Below are positions 28,944 through 38,856 of a stretch of DNA of 64,000 nt, in pieces. A program made the translations under genes and the position numbers. The stretch is from Candidatus Eiseniibacteriota bacterium (lineage in GTDB: Bacteria > Eisenbacteria > RBG-16-71-46), in the NCBI GenBank assembly GCA_963707915.1, contig OY970178.1, positions 1,280,001-1,344,000 on the forward strand, given 5' to 3'. Position 1 is the first letter of the stretch. Each line of letters opens with the position of its first letter. Below the pieces are notes generated by a model, which saw nothing but the letters and a program-made list of their open reading frames with translations, searched no databases and was not told the origin of the DNA.

Positions 28944-29561
28944 CTATGACCGGACCGCGACGGCCCCGCTGGTCGTGAAGGTGAGCGGGGTCCCGCTCTT
29001 GAGCACGACCTGCCAGCCCTTGGTCTGGGACACGACTCCGGTCGCCGCACCGCCACCCACGACGGCCCCGACGAGCGTCCCCTTGTCCGAGCCGCCGATC
29101 GCGTGACCGACGATCGCACCCGCCGCCGTCGCGGCTCCGATGGCACCCAGGTTCCGCGCCCGCGGCGAGCCGGCCGTGATCGCTCTCATGGTTCCGTGTA
29201 CCGGGTAGTGGTGCCCCCCGATGGTGATGGAGTCGAGCGCGAGGTCGAGCATGGCGCGGTTGCCCTTCTCGGCCGCCGTGACCGCCCTGACCGTGCCGCT
29301 GACCACGCTGCCGGCGGGGATCCCGTCCCGGCCATTCAGGATCGATCCGGTCCACGCATCGCCGACGCTGGCGCTCTCCGAAGAGAGACTGCTGCCGAGC
29401 GTCACTTCGAGTGACGTGCCCGAAGGGACCGTGGTGTGGGCCACGCTGGAGGTGACCGCGTCATCCCCGTTGCCGCCGGCGGTCTGCTGATCGTTCCGAC
29501 ATCCCGATAGGACGGTCGGTGCTGCGAGTGCGAAGACGAGGACCCAAGGTAGGTAGCGCAT
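28944..29561 (-). CDS. Hypothetical lipoprotein with a glycine zipper
   Basis: Lipobox LSGC, VPSGTSLEVTL, GAATAAGAIVGHAIGG..GTLVGAVVGGG and LKSGTPLTF motifs. Confidence 0.8.
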   Translation of the reverse strand: MRYLPWVLVFALAAPTVLSGCRNDQQTAGGNGDDAVTSSVAHTTVPSGTSLEVTLGSSLSSESASVGDAWTGSILNGRDGIPAGSVVSGTVRAVTAAEKGNRAMLDLALDSITIGGHHYPVHGTMRAITAGSPRARNLGAIGAATAAGAIVGHAIGGSDKGTLVGAVVGGGAATGVVSQTKGWQVVLKSGTPLTFTTSGAVAVRS

Positions 29562-29832
29562 CGCTGGCTCCTGCAAGTTAGATGACCCCGCGGACATCGC
29601 GTTGCTGCCGCGATCCGCCAGTGCATGTCGAAGTTCGATCGGGGTTGTTCAGGAATCGTCGGTAGTACGCGGTCCGGGACATCGGCCGGTGGCTGACCAA
29701 GGCTGGTCGGTCCGAAGATCCGTAGCTCGCTTGCGGTGTGGGGGCCGGGCCTCAGGGCCGCCCCATGCATCTAGCGGGGAACGAGGACTAGCCTCTACCC
29801 ATGGACCGGACAACGCAAGGTGAATCGTGAGA

Positions 29833-29846
29833 CTGTATCGATACAG
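29833..29846. promoter_or_regulatory. Perfect 14-bp palindrome CTGTATCGATACAG (candidate operator or hairpin core)
   Basis: An AT-rich perfect palindrome inside a long intergenic region. Confidence 0.4.
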
Positions 29847-30173
29847 CTCCACCACTGTCCAGGTCCAGGTCAACCCGTCGGCTCGCGGGGATGCCCGATG
29901 GCGCCTGGGCAGCAGGAATGCCCGTCCGCCACCCGTGTCTGGTCTGCCTTTCGGGAGCTAACGGACCCCAGGTGACAGACATAGGGCTGTGTCAGGCCCG
30001 GGTGCGGGGCGCCCGACGGGTCCTTCGCGGCGCGGGGAGGCTGCGGAGACAGGTCCGAGTCCCGCGCACCGTCCTGAGCTTGGCCGGAGGGCTCCAGGCG
30101 ACCTCGCACGGGGTGCGGAGGGGGCTGACGGACGGTCGGTCCAGATCGGCAGCCGTCGGCATGCGGCACTTCT

Positions 30174-30872
30174 TCATGGGCCAGGCAGGGGATCCGCTGC
30201 CGCGGCGTCGGTCAGGACCAGCGCCCGGTCGGCACGGACGCGACCGGCTGGGATCGAGGGGTCGCCACGGAGCAGACGCGACAAGGCCGCATGCTTGTCG
30301 GGTCCGGTCACCACCCAGAGGATCCGCCGGGCCCGGCCCAGCAGGGGGAATGTGAGTGTCATGCGCCGGTACCCCTGGAAGGGGTCCGTCGCAACCACGT
30401 CGGCATCGGCGGTGCCGGGCTCCGGGCTCCCCGGGACGAGCGACGCGGTGTGTCCGTCGGCCCCGAGCCCGAGGTGCACCAGGTCGAGCACCGCCGGCCG
30501 GCCCGCGACCGCCTGCAGGATCGCGGCGTATCGGCTCGCGGCAGCGTCCAGGTCCGCGCCTTCGACGGGCATGGCATGGATCTGCCCCGGCGGGACCGGG
30601 ACCCGCGCCAGCAGGTTCTCGCGGAGATGCCGGAGGTTGCGCTCGGGGTGTCCGGCAGGTACCACGCGCTCGTCGACCTGGAAGAGGTGCACGGATGCCC
30701 AGGGCACATCCTCCTCCGCCAGCTTGCGAAGCATGCGCCACGGCGTCGTCCCGCCGCTCGTGGCGAGCAGGAAGCGACCCCGTGCCGCCACCGCGGTCCG
30801 CGCTTCGCCCGCGATGACCGCCGCCGCCCGGCGGGCAACGGCCTCGGCGTCCGGCAGCACTTCGGTCGTCAT
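30174..30872 (-). CDS. pgl: 6-phosphogluconolactonase
   Basis: SGGTTP, VDERVVP and LGLGADGHTASL motifs; follows zwf. Confidence 0.92.
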   Translation of the reverse strand: MTTEVLPDAEAVARRAAAVIAGEARTAVAARGRFLLATSGGTTPWRMLRKLAEEDVPWASVHLFQVDERVVPAGHPERNLRHLRENLLARVPVPPGQIHAMPVEGADLDAAASRYAAILQAVAGRPAVLDLVHLGLGADGHTASLVPGSPEPGTADADVVATDPFQGYRRMTLTFPLLGRARRILWVVTGPDKHAALSRLLRGDPSIPAGRVRADRALVLTDAAAADPLPGP

Positions 30873-30966
30873 GGTCACCCCTGCCGGGGACCGTGTCCGA
30901 AGGATCCCTGCCTGGCCCCGCCATCGCGGGCGCACCGGGATCCGGCTGCTGCCGCCGCCCTCCCCA

Positions 30967-32343
30967 CTAGCGCAGCCCGCCCGAGTCGAACCAGCCGCCG
31001 GGCACGAACGCCTCGGCCGCCGGTGGCCCCCAGGTTCCGGGCTCGTACTCCGTCGGGGGCTGGTCGGCCCCGAGCACGGGGTCCACGATGCGCCACGCCT
31101 CCTCGACGTAGTCCTGCCGCGCGAAGCGGAACGTCTCGCCCTTCATGGCGTCGCCCAGCAACTCGGCGTACGCGTCGGATTCCTCGCCGTCGTGGTCGTG
31201 AGATGCGACGAGCTCGAGGTCGTGGCCGCGGACCTTCGGACCCGGTTCCCGGACCGTCGCGCCGAGCGCGATGATGAAGTCCGGGCTCAGGCGGAAGCGC
31301 ACGTGGTTCGGGGTCGTCTCGAGCCCCTCCACGATCGGCGGCGGGCGGCGGAGCTTCACGACCACCTCGGTGCGGGTCACGGGCAGATGCTTGCCGGCGC
31401 GGATGAAGAAGGGCACGCCCTGCCAACGCCACGAGTTGACCTCCAGGCGCACGGCGGCATAGGTCTCCGTGCGCGAGTCCGGCGCCACCCCGGACTCCGA
31501 GCGATAGCCGCGGAACTGCCCGCGCACCACTTGCGCGGGCCCGAGCGCGGGGATCGACTTCAACACCTTCACCTTCTCGTCGCGGAGGGTCTCGGTGTCG
31601 GGGCTGCCGGGCGGAGGCTCCATGGCCACGTTCGAGAGCACCTGGAGCAGGTGGTTCTGGATCACGTCGCGGATGGCGCCGGCCCGGTCGTAGAAGGCCC
31701 CCCGGCCATGGATGCCGAAGTTCTCGGCCAGCGTGATCTGCACTTCCTCGACGTAGCGGCGATTCCAGATGGGCTCGAGGAAGGCGTTGGCGAAGCGGAA
31801 GAAGATCAGGTTCTGGACCGCGTCCTTGCCGAGGTAGTGGTCGATGCGGAAGATGACCCGCTCGTCGAAGCGGCCATGCAGGATGGCGTTGAGCCGTCGG
31901 GCGGAGGCGAGATCGCTCCCGAACGGCTTCTCGAGGACGAGTCTCGCCCCGGTGCCGCAGCCGGTCCGTCCGAGCTGCTTCACGACCTCCTCGAAGAGCC
32001 CCTGGGGGATGGCCATGTAGTGGAGCGGGCGCGCCGCCGCTCCCAGCTCCCGGCGCAGCGCGTCGAAGGTCGCCGGCGCGGAGTAGTCACCCTCGACGTA
32101 GCGGAGCAACCCCATCAGCCTGGGAAAGGCCACGGGGTCCGCTCCGCCCCCGTGCATCTCCACGCTTTCCCTCGCCCGGGCCCTCAGTCGCTCGAGGGTC
32201 CAGCCCTGCCGCGCCACTCCGATCACCGGCACGTCGAGCACCCCGGCCCGAACCATCCGCTGCAGGGCCGGGAAGATCTTCTTGAAGGCGAGGTCACCGG
32301 TCGCACCGTAGAACACCAGCGCGTCCGAACGCGGACCGCTCAC
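30967..32343 (-). CDS. zwf: Glucose-6-phosphate 1-dehydrogenase
   Basis: [20 protein letters not shown] and RDVIQNHL motifs. The GTG start overlaps the gnd stop. Confidence 0.96.
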   Translation of the reverse strand: MSGPRSDALVFYGATGDLAFKKIFPALQRMVRAGVLDVPVIGVARQGWTLERLRARARESVEMHGGGADPVAFPRLMGLLRYVEGDYSAPATFDALRRELGAAARPLHYMAIPQGLFEEVVKQLGRTGCGTGARLVLEKPFGSDLASARRLNAILHGRFDERVIFRIDHYLGKDAVQNLIFFRFANAFLEPIWNRRYVEEVQITLAENFGIHGRGAFYDRAGAIRDVIQNHLLQVLSNVAMEPPPGSPDTETLRDEKVKVLKSIPALGPAQVVRGQFRGYRSESGVAPDSRTETYAAVRLEVNSWRWQGVPFFIRAGKHLPVTRTEVVVKLRRPPPIVEGLETTPNHVRFRLSPDFIIALGATVREPGPKVRGHDLELVASHDHDGEESDAYAELLGDAMKGETFRFARQDYVEEAWRIVDPVLGADQPPTEYEPGTWGPPAAEAFVPGGWFDSGGLR

Positions 32344-33350
32344 GGCCGCTCCCGGTGCCCGCCGAACGCGGACCGCATCGCCGAGAGGACCTTGTCCGCG
32401 TAGTCCGCCTCCGCGCGGGAGGAGAAGCGCTCGTAGAGCGCCGTCGTGAGGACCGGCGCCGGCACGGCCTCGTCGACGGCGGCCTTCACGGTCCAGCGCC
32501 CCTCGCCCGAGTCGGAGACCCGCCCCGAGAAGCTCGCAAGTTGCGCGTCCTCCGCGAGCGCGGCGGCCGTCAGGTCGAGCAGCCAGGAAGCGACGACGCT
32601 GCCGCGCCGCCAGACTTCCGCGATCTCGCCGATGTCGAAGTCGAACTGGTAGTGCTCCGGGTCGCGGAGCGGAGCGGTCTCGGCATCCTGCTCGTGCTGC
32701 CGCCTGCCGACATCGGCATGGTGCAGGATGTTGAGACCTTCGGCGTACGCCGCCATGAGCCCGTACTCGATGCCGTTGTGGACCATCTTCACGAAGTGCC
32801 CGGCGCCGCTCGGGCCGCACTGCAGGTACCCGTGCTCGGCGGTGCGGATCGTCCCGCCGCGCCCCGCCGTGCGGGGGGCCGAGTCGAACCCGGGCGCGAG
32901 TGACGCGAAGATGGGATCGAGGAGCTTCACGGTCGCGCTCTCGCCGCCGATCATCAGGCAGTACCCGCGCTCCAGGCCCCAGACCCCGCCGCTCGTCCCC
33001 ACGTCGACGTAGTGGATGCCCCGAGCTTCGAGCTCCTTCGCGCGCCGGATATCGTCGACGTAGTAGGAGTTCCCGCCGTCCACGACGATGTCCCCGGGAG
33101 CCAATCGGCCCGCCAGGTCTCCGATCGTCCGGTCCACCACCGCCGCCGGCACCATCAACCACACGATCCGGGGCGCGGCGAGCTGCTTCACGAGGTCATC
33201 GAGCGAGTCGGCACCGGTCGCGCCTTCGCCGGTCAGGGCCCGGACCGCCTCGGGCGACCGGTCGAACACGGCGCACTGGTGCCCGGCGCGCATCAGGCGC
33301 CGAACCATGTTGGCCCCCATCCGACCGAGGCCGATCATCCCGAGCTGCAT
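32340..33350 (-). CDS. gnd: 6-phosphogluconate dehydrogenase, short NAD-type
   Basis: [35 protein letters not shown] and FGGH motifs. Confidence 0.96.
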   Translation of the reverse strand: MQLGMIGLGRMGANMVRRLMRAGHQCAVFDRSPEAVRALTGEGATGADSLDDLVKQLAAPRIVWLMVPAAVVDRTIGDLAGRLAPGDIVVDGGNSYYVDDIRRAKELEARGIHYVDVGTSGGVWGLERGYCLMIGGESATVKLLDPIFASLAPGFDSAPRTAGRGGTIRTAEHGYLQCGPSGAGHFVKMVHNGIEYGLMAAYAEGLNILHHADVGRRQHEQDAETAPLRDPEHYQFDFDIGEIAEVWRRGSVVASWLLDLTAAALAEDAQLASFSGRVSDSGEGRWTVKAAVDEAVPAPVLTTALYERFSSRAEADYADKVLSAMRSAFGGHRERP

Positions 33351-33641
33351 GTGCGCTCCTTCCCTGTTTGGCCCTGAAGAGAGCCTCACGCCGCGAGGAT
33401 CACGGGAGTCCCGCCTTCGCCGGCCCGCGCCACGGGCGCGGCCGCTCGCGGAGGAACGTACCGATGCGCCCCCCGGGTGTCCAGACTCCCCCCGGCGCCG
33501 ACTTCCGTCGGCGCAGGCGCGCGGCCACGCCGTCGACGACCGTGGCGCCAGGTGGTAGCATCCCCGCGCGGGATCGCGGGGCGGATCCTGCGCTCGACCC
33601 ACCCGGCCCCTGCGGGCCGGGACCATCCGTCGGAGGCCGTC

Positions 33642-34634
33642 ATGCACCTGGGTAGAGCGTTCTCCCTCGCCTGCGCGGGACTGCTGTGTCTCGCGGCAGC
33701 CGGAGGGTGTGCCAAGAAGCACCCGGCGCCGACGGGGCCCCAACCCGAGCCCGAGCCCCAGCCACAGCCCCCGACCGTGACGTACGACTTCGTCCAGTCC
33801 TGGGGCGACAGCGGCGCCGGGCCCGGGCAGTTCCGCTGGCCGCAGAGCGTAGCGGTGGACGAGAGCAACTACGTCTACGTGGCGGACAACGACCACCGCG
33901 TCCAGAAGTTCACCCGCGACGGGACCTACCTCACCCAGTGGGGCACGTTCGGCACCGGGGACGGGCAGTTCTACCTGCCCACCGGCGTGGCGGTGGACGG
34001 GAATCGCGACGTCTACGTGGCGGAGTTCTTCAACCACCGCGTCCAGAAGCTCACCGCCGAGGGCGTCTACCTCGCGCAGTGGGGCACGCTCGGCAGCGGG
34101 AACGGGCAGTTCAACAACCCTCGCGACGTGGCGGTGGACGGCGGCGGCGACGTCTACGTCGCGGACATGACGAACTACCGTGTCCAGAAGTTCACCGGGG
34201 GCGGCGCCTACCTCGCCCAGTGGGGCACGCGCGGCAGCGGGAACGGGCAGTTCGAGAGTCCGGCCGGCGTGGCGGTGGACCGCAGCGGCAACGTCTACGT
34301 GGTGGATACCTCGCCGAACCACCGCGTCCAGAAGTTCACCAGTGGCGGCGCCTACCTGACGCAATGGGGCACGCTCGGCGCCGGGGACGGGCAGCTCCAC
34401 ACCCCGTACGGCGTGGCCGTGGACACCAGCGGCAACGTCTACGTGGCGGACAGCGGGAACAACCGCGTCGAGGTGTTCACGAGCAGCGGCGCCTACCTGG
34501 GACAGTGTGGCAGCTTCGGCAGCGGGAACGGGCAGTTCGACAACCCGCTGGACGTGGCGGTGGACCGAGACAGCAACGTCTACGTGGCGGACACCAACAA
34601 CCACCGCATTCAGAAGTTCGCCCGAAGGCCCTAG
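33642..34634 (+). CDS. NHL-repeat 6-bladed beta-propeller lipoprotein
   Basis: Lipobox AGGC, a Pro linker, and six repeats of GQF..P.GVAVD..GNVYVAD..NHRVQKF. Confidence 0.92.
   Translation: MHLGRAFSLACAGLLCLAAAGGCAKKHPAPTGPQPEPEPQPQPPTVTYDFVQSWGDSGAGPGQFRWPQSVAVDESNYVYVADNDHRVQKFTRDGTYLTQWGTFGTGDGQFYLPTGVAVDGNRDVYVAEFFNHRVQKLTAEGVYLAQWGTLGSGNGQFNNPRDVAVDGGGDVYVADMTNYRVQKFTGGGAYLAQWGTRGSGNGQFESPAGVAVDRSGNVYVVDTSPNHRVQKFTSGGAYLTQWGTLGAGDGQLHTPYGVAVDTSGNVYVADSGNNRVEVFTSSGAYLGQCGSFGSGNGQFDNPLDVAVDRDSNVYVADTNNHRIQKFARRP
33826..34620 (+). repeat. Six intragenic ~141-bp NHL repeat units with high nucleotide similarity
   Basis: Recurrent gggcagttc / gtggcggtggac / gtctacgtggcgga / accgcgtccagaagttcacc blocks. 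Confidence 0.85.
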
Positions 34635-34667
34635 CCGACCGGCGCCTCCGGCCCGGGCCCGCACCAC

Positions 34668-35258
34668 TCAGCGGGCGGTCGCCACCCCGCTCAGCTTCAC
34701 GGTCTGCACGTCGGCCAGCTTCAGGAAGAGGAACTTCGGCCGGCTGATGCCGTAGTCCGACAGCGCGACCGGGAACGCCGTCGCGAAGCGCAACCGGCGC
34801 CGGCCGGCCTGTTCCTCGAGGGTGACCTCGACGTTCGTGCGCAATCTGCGGCTCACCCCGTGCAACGCGAACGTGCCCTCGATCGCGAAGGTCACCGGGA
34901 CGCCTGGATCGAGCTTCGCCCCGGCGGGGCTGGCCACCGCGGCACCGGTGAAGACCGCGCTCGGATACCGGTCCGTCTCGAGATGGTTCTCGCGCATGTG
35001 GCGGTTGCGCATGGCGATGCCCGTGTCGAGGCTGGCGAGGTCGACTGCGATCCTCACGGTGATGCTGTCCCCGACCGCGGCGGGATCCCCGGCGATGCGG
35101 CCTTCCACCTGTGACGTCCTGCCCTCGAACGACTCCACGGTGGCCTTCGAGACGAATACGACCTGGTTCCCGCCGCCGGGGCCGACGACGAACTCCTCGG
35201 CGTTCGCGGCGGTGGCCAGCACGAACAACACCGGCAAGCACATCGTCCATCGGCGCAT
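34668..35258 (-). CDS. YceI family lipid/isoprenoid-binding protein
   Basis: Signal peptide; LDTGIAMRNRHMR, LETDRYP, GTFALHGVSR and DYGI motifs. Confidence 0.9.
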   Translation of the reverse strand: MRRWTMCLPVLFVLATAANAEEFVVGPGGGNQVVFVSKATVESFEGRTSQVEGRIAGDPAAVGDSITVRIAVDLASLDTGIAMRNRHMRENHLETDRYPSAVFTGAAVASPAGAKLDPGVPVTFAIEGTFALHGVSRRLRTNVEVTLEEQAGRRRLRFATAFPVALSDYGISRPKFLFLKLADVQTVKLSGVATAR

Positions 35259-35284
35259 CGTTCGGTCCTTGCAGTCGGCCAGGT

Positions 35285-36397
35285 TCAGTAAGCGACGTGC
35301 AACTGGAGCACCGTCTCGTCGAAATCGTCACCGCTCAGCGCGGGTCCTGATTCGAAATGGGTCCGCCGGTAGGTGGTGCCGAGCGCCAGGTAGGGCCGCG
35401 GCATGCAGTGCAGGCCGATCCCCCAGCGCGACTTCGACCCCGACGCGTAGTACCGGTCGGGGTCGAAGAAGTCGTACGTGGCGATCAACTCCAGGCCCCG
35501 GTGGGCGACGAAGCTCAGCTCGTGCGAGGTCACCAGCGCGGTGACGCGACTGGTGTCGGCGGGCTCGCGCCGCGCCAGGTCCAACTCGCCCAGCCAGGTC
35601 AGGCCCCGCCAGGTCAGGTAGCCGTAGGTCCCGCCGACGGCGAGATCCGAACGCCTCCCGGGCTGGAGGTAGCCCGCGACCCCCAGGCCAGCGCCCAACG
35701 CCCCGGCGCTCCAGCGGGCGATGGCGTTGGCCGACTGCGCCAGCCGGTTGTCGGTGTCGAGGGTCGAACCCCGGCTGCCGTTCACCAGCCCCAGCTGGAC
35801 ATCGAACCGCCCGGGCTGCAGGCCGACCTCGAGCCCGACATCGCTGTTGGCGGGCGGCGCGAGCCCGAGCGCGTCGCGCACGTACATCGTGTGGTCATCG
35901 AACTTCCAGCCGTACGACGGGACGAACCGGCCCGCCTTCACGTAGCCGGTCAACGGCAGCACGTATGCGGTCGCGAACAGCTCGCGGCTGTCGGTCATGC
36001 CGCGGCCGTAGTAGAGCGTGGCCCGCGGCTCGAGTTGGAACGCGAGATACAGGTCGCCCTGCATCTGGAAGAAATCCAGGTTGCGTGACGCGTCCGAGGA
36101 TCCGATGTACAGCTCGCGGAAGTCGGCTCCGACGGCCAGGCTTCGCGTGATCTGCGGATCCGGAACCAGCGCGCTCTCCGCCGTGGCGCGCGCCCAGGCG
36201 ATCTCGTCGGGCACCAGTTGCTGGCTCGCGTAGGCGGTCCGCATGCCGCCGCCCGATGGGTTCACGTGGCACAGTCCGCAGCGTTGGCCGTAGCGCGCGG
36301 AGTAGCGCGGCACGGCATCGGCGCGGAAGGCGGATGCGGCGGCCAGCAGCAGGGCCACCGCGAAGATCGCGGCGATCGTTCGAATGGCGTTCGACAT
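35285..36397 (-). CDS. Monoheme cytochrome c-beta-barrel fusion (Cyc2-like architecture)
   Basis: Signal peptide, then AVPRYSARYGQRCGLCH, followed by amphipathic beta strands (YVKAGRFVPSYG) and a C-terminal aromatic residue (LQLHVAY). Confidence 0.75.
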   Translation of the reverse strand: MSNAIRTIAAIFAVALLLAAASAFRADAVPRYSARYGQRCGLCHVNPSGGGMRTAYASQQLVPDEIAWARATAESALVPDPQITRSLAVGADFRELYIGSSDASRNLDFFQMQGDLYLAFQLEPRATLYYGRGMTDSRELFATAYVLPLTGYVKAGRFVPSYGWKFDDHTMYVRDALGLAPPANSDVGLEVGLQPGRFDVQLGLVNGSRGSTLDTDNRLAQSANAIARWSAGALGAGLGVAGYLQPGRRSDLAVGGTYGYLTWRGLTWLGELDLARREPADTSRVTALVTSHELSFVAHRGLELIATYDFFDPDRYYASGSKSRWGIGLHCMPRPYLALGTTYRRTHFESGPALSGDDFDETVLQLHVAY

Positions 36398-36432
36398 GAT
36401 CTCGCACCCCACGCGGACGCCCCGGCGCCCGC

Positions 36433-36882
36433 TCAGTTGTCCCGCGCGCCCTCGAGGATCCACGCGCGGATCCGCTCGCGTTCGACCTGCGGCAGGCTGC
36501 CGCCGAAGGGCATCTGGGCACCGTACGAGCCGGTCCCGAAGACCTTGTGGAAGAGCACCGAGGCACTCGTGTCGGCCGGCGCGACGCGAAGCGCCGGCGC
36601 GTAGCCGGAGCTCACGACATTGACCAGGTTCGCGCGGCTCGCCCCCGCGCTGAGATCCAGGTTCGCGGTCGGAGCGACCGACCCGTGGCAGCCGATGCAA
36701 TTGCTGGTGAGGATCGGCTGGATGTCGGCGGCGAAGGAGACCGTGACCGCCGGTGGCGCCGGTGGGCGGGCGGGGCGCAACGGCTCACCCAGGTCCGAAC
36801 ACCCGGGCAGCAGTACCACGCCCAGGAGCGCCGATCCGCACGCCACCGTTGCAGCCCGCCGACCGCGAGAAGGACCACGCAT
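36433..36882 (-). CDS. Monoheme c-type cytochrome lipoprotein (planctomycete cytochrome-like)
   Basis: Lipobox LPGC, VSFAADIQPIL..NCIGCH, distal QMP and IRAWILEGA motifs. Confidence 0.85.
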   Translation of the reverse strand: MRGPSRGRRAATVACGSALLGVVLLPGCSDLGEPLRPARPPAPPAVTVSFAADIQPILTSNCIGCHGSVAPTANLDLSAGASRANLVNVVSSGYAPALRVAPADTSASVLFHKVFGTGSYGAQMPFGGSLPQVERERIRAWILEGARDN

Positions 36883-37030
36883 CCCGAAACCTATACTGCC
36901 GCCGGGCCCGCCAAGGCAAGAGCAGAAGCGGGTCTTCAGGCCTGCGCCGTGGACGTCCCACCCGATCCCTGCCATCGCACTGCCGGGCCGCTCCATGCGT
37001 GCATCGGGCATGCCGAGTACCGGGACCCGA

Positions 37031-37990
37031 TCAATGGATCAGGACGAATCGCTGCGTCCTTCGCGAGCCTCCGGCGTCCATCGCGAGGAAGTACATTCCG
37101 CTCGAGAGCCGGGGACCCGCCTGGCCCGCCGCGTCCCAGGACAGATGGTGCTGGCCACCCGACAGCGTCTCGTCAAGGATCGTGCTGACCACACGACCGA
37201 AGACATCGATGACGCGTAGCTGCACCCGGGTTTCCCGTGGCAGCCTCACGTCGAAGGCCAGCGAGTTCCTGGCCGGGTTCGGGGCGGGCGGCCCCAGCGC
37301 CAGCAGGTTCTCGGGCGCGCCCCCATCGACCGCGGCAAGGCTGTTGATCGTTCCGCTGGCGCGCGTATTGTTCGTGAACGTCGCCGCGCCGGCCGTGAGC
37401 GCGTAGTCGTTGGCGTTGTTCGTGCTCGCAGCATTGGCAGCGAACTTGAAGAGGAGCGCCTGCGCCGTGCTCGACGGCAGGGGTCCCGCGAACGGCGGGG
37501 AGAAGTTGCCGTCGGCGTCGTTGGTGATCGCCCCCGTGCCCGGGCCCGTGTAGCCGGCGCCCCCCCAGCTCAGCCGCCAGAGGACGGTCCCGGTGTTCTG
37601 CTCGTAGGTGAGCGAGCCGGCTGCGAGGTACGAGGCGGGGATCGGGTTGGTGAGGATGAAGTCCGGGGTCAGGGACGGGACCGTGGCGCTCGCGAAGGCC
37701 GACGTCGCGACCAGGACCCGGTCACCGGCTGACCCGTTCGTGACGTTCGCGGGGAACGCGATCAGGACTACCGGGTTGGCGCCGCTCGCATCCCGCACCA
37801 CGAGGCGCGCGTTCGACACGAGGTTCTCGCCCAGGTTCCGCATCCGCAACTGGATGGCCTGGATGCCGGTCGAGCCATTGACGCCGGCGATCACCTGCTC
37901 GACCTGCATCAGGTGAAACGTGGCGGACGCGGGCTGGGCGGCGAACAGCCCGACGGCGACCGCGGCCATGACGGCGTGGTGGATCCTCAC
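37031..37990 (-). CDS. Secreted protein with a C-terminal FlgD-Ig-like tail
   Basis: Signal ...QPASA|TFHLMQ; the tail reads PAPNP..IDVFGRVV..LSWD..SGMYF..TQRFVLIH. Confidence 0.82.
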   Translation of the reverse strand: MRIHHAVMAAVAVGLFAAQPASATFHLMQVEQVIAGVNGSTGIQAIQLRMRNLGENLVSNARLVVRDASGANPVVLIAFPANVTNGSAGDRVLVATSAFASATVPSLTPDFILTNPIPASYLAAGSLTYEQNTGTVLWRLSWGGAGYTGPGTGAITNDADGNFSPPFAGPLPSSTAQALLFKFAANAASTNNANDYALTAGAATFTNNTRASGTINSLAAVDGGAPENLLALGPPAPNPARNSLAFDVRLPRETRVQLRVIDVFGRVVSTILDETLSGGQHHLSWDAAGQAGPRLSSGMYFLAMDAGGSRRTQRFVLIH

Positions 37991-38162
37991 GGCGGATTCC
38001 CTCCTGGTGGCTCGTCTTGCCGCTGACCGAGGTGCTTCCCCGGACTGAATGGGCGGCGCGGGTGCCGGAAGAACCGCCCACGCGCCGCGGCGTGGCCTGC
38101 CTGCCGCGCGGAGGCCGGCCGGCGTTGCGATCGGCCCGTCGCCACCGCCGTTCACACCCCGC

Positions 38163-38573
38163 CTAGTTGCTGGTCACCGTGTGCGTGCCCCCCGTGACCG
38201 ACCAGTGCACGGTGCCCCCCGGCATGATCGTGACCGAGGCGGGGCTGAAGCTCGTCCCGCTCGCGGTGACGGTCGCCGAGCTGGGGCCACCGGCGGACAC
38301 GACCACCGTACCGACCATGCCCATGGCCTGGTGGAAGGTGCAGTGGTAGCCCACGCTCCCCGCCACCGGGAACGTGTGATCGAACGACGCGGGCGCCGTG
38401 AGGCTGCCCGAGTCGAACGGCGTATTGCTCGCCCCGCCCCCACCACCCGTCATGTTCATGGAGCCTGCGGGGCTGGTGGGACTGGAGCTCTTGCTGCCGC
38501 ATCCGGCCGCCAGCAGGGACATGGCCGCAAGGCCTGCCACTGCGATGACGAGCGGAAGCTTGAGACTCTTCAT
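38163..38573 (-). CDS. Cupredoxin (plastocyanin/amicyanin-like) lipoprotein, circularly permuted
   Basis: Lipobox LAAGC. FDSG..SFDHTF..YHCTFHQAMGMVGTVVV comes before FSPASVTIMPGGTVHW..HTVT. GGAGG RBS upstream. Confidence 0.85.
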   Translation of the reverse strand: MKSLKLPLVIAVAGLAAMSLLAAGCGSKSSSPTSPAGSMNMTGGGGGASNTPFDSGSLTAPASFDHTFPVAGSVGYHCTFHQAMGMVGTVVVSAGGPSSATVTASGTSFSPASVTIMPGGTVHWSVTGGTHTVTSN

Positions 38574-38856
38574 ACATCCTCCCGACTGGATCGGCCTGGT
38601 GTCCGCTGTGCTTCCGGGCACTCATTCTGATTCGTCCAGCTCGAGCCCGGTGCGCTTCACGCGCAAGCGACCTGTGCCGGAGCAGAGTCCAGCCCTCCGA
38701 TAAGTCCGGCTCCGGTCGTCGTGCGAGTCCGGCGGTTGGTGTCCCCGGAGGCCGGCATCGGCAAGCCCGGGCGCCGTCGGGGCGGGCGTCCTCGAACGGA
38801 GAAGCGGGAAGCGGCGACGGGCGCGCTCCCGCCCGGGTAAGCCCGCCGGCCGGGAG

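Noticed and set aside
33826..34620. CRISPR-like periodic repeats
   Set aside because: The repeats are in-frame NHL coding units with no unique spacers, and there are no cas genes.
32340..34667. Apparent 775-aa Gnd fusion
   Set aside because: The extension is the antisense of the NHL gene. Gnd starts at 33350 with its own RBS.
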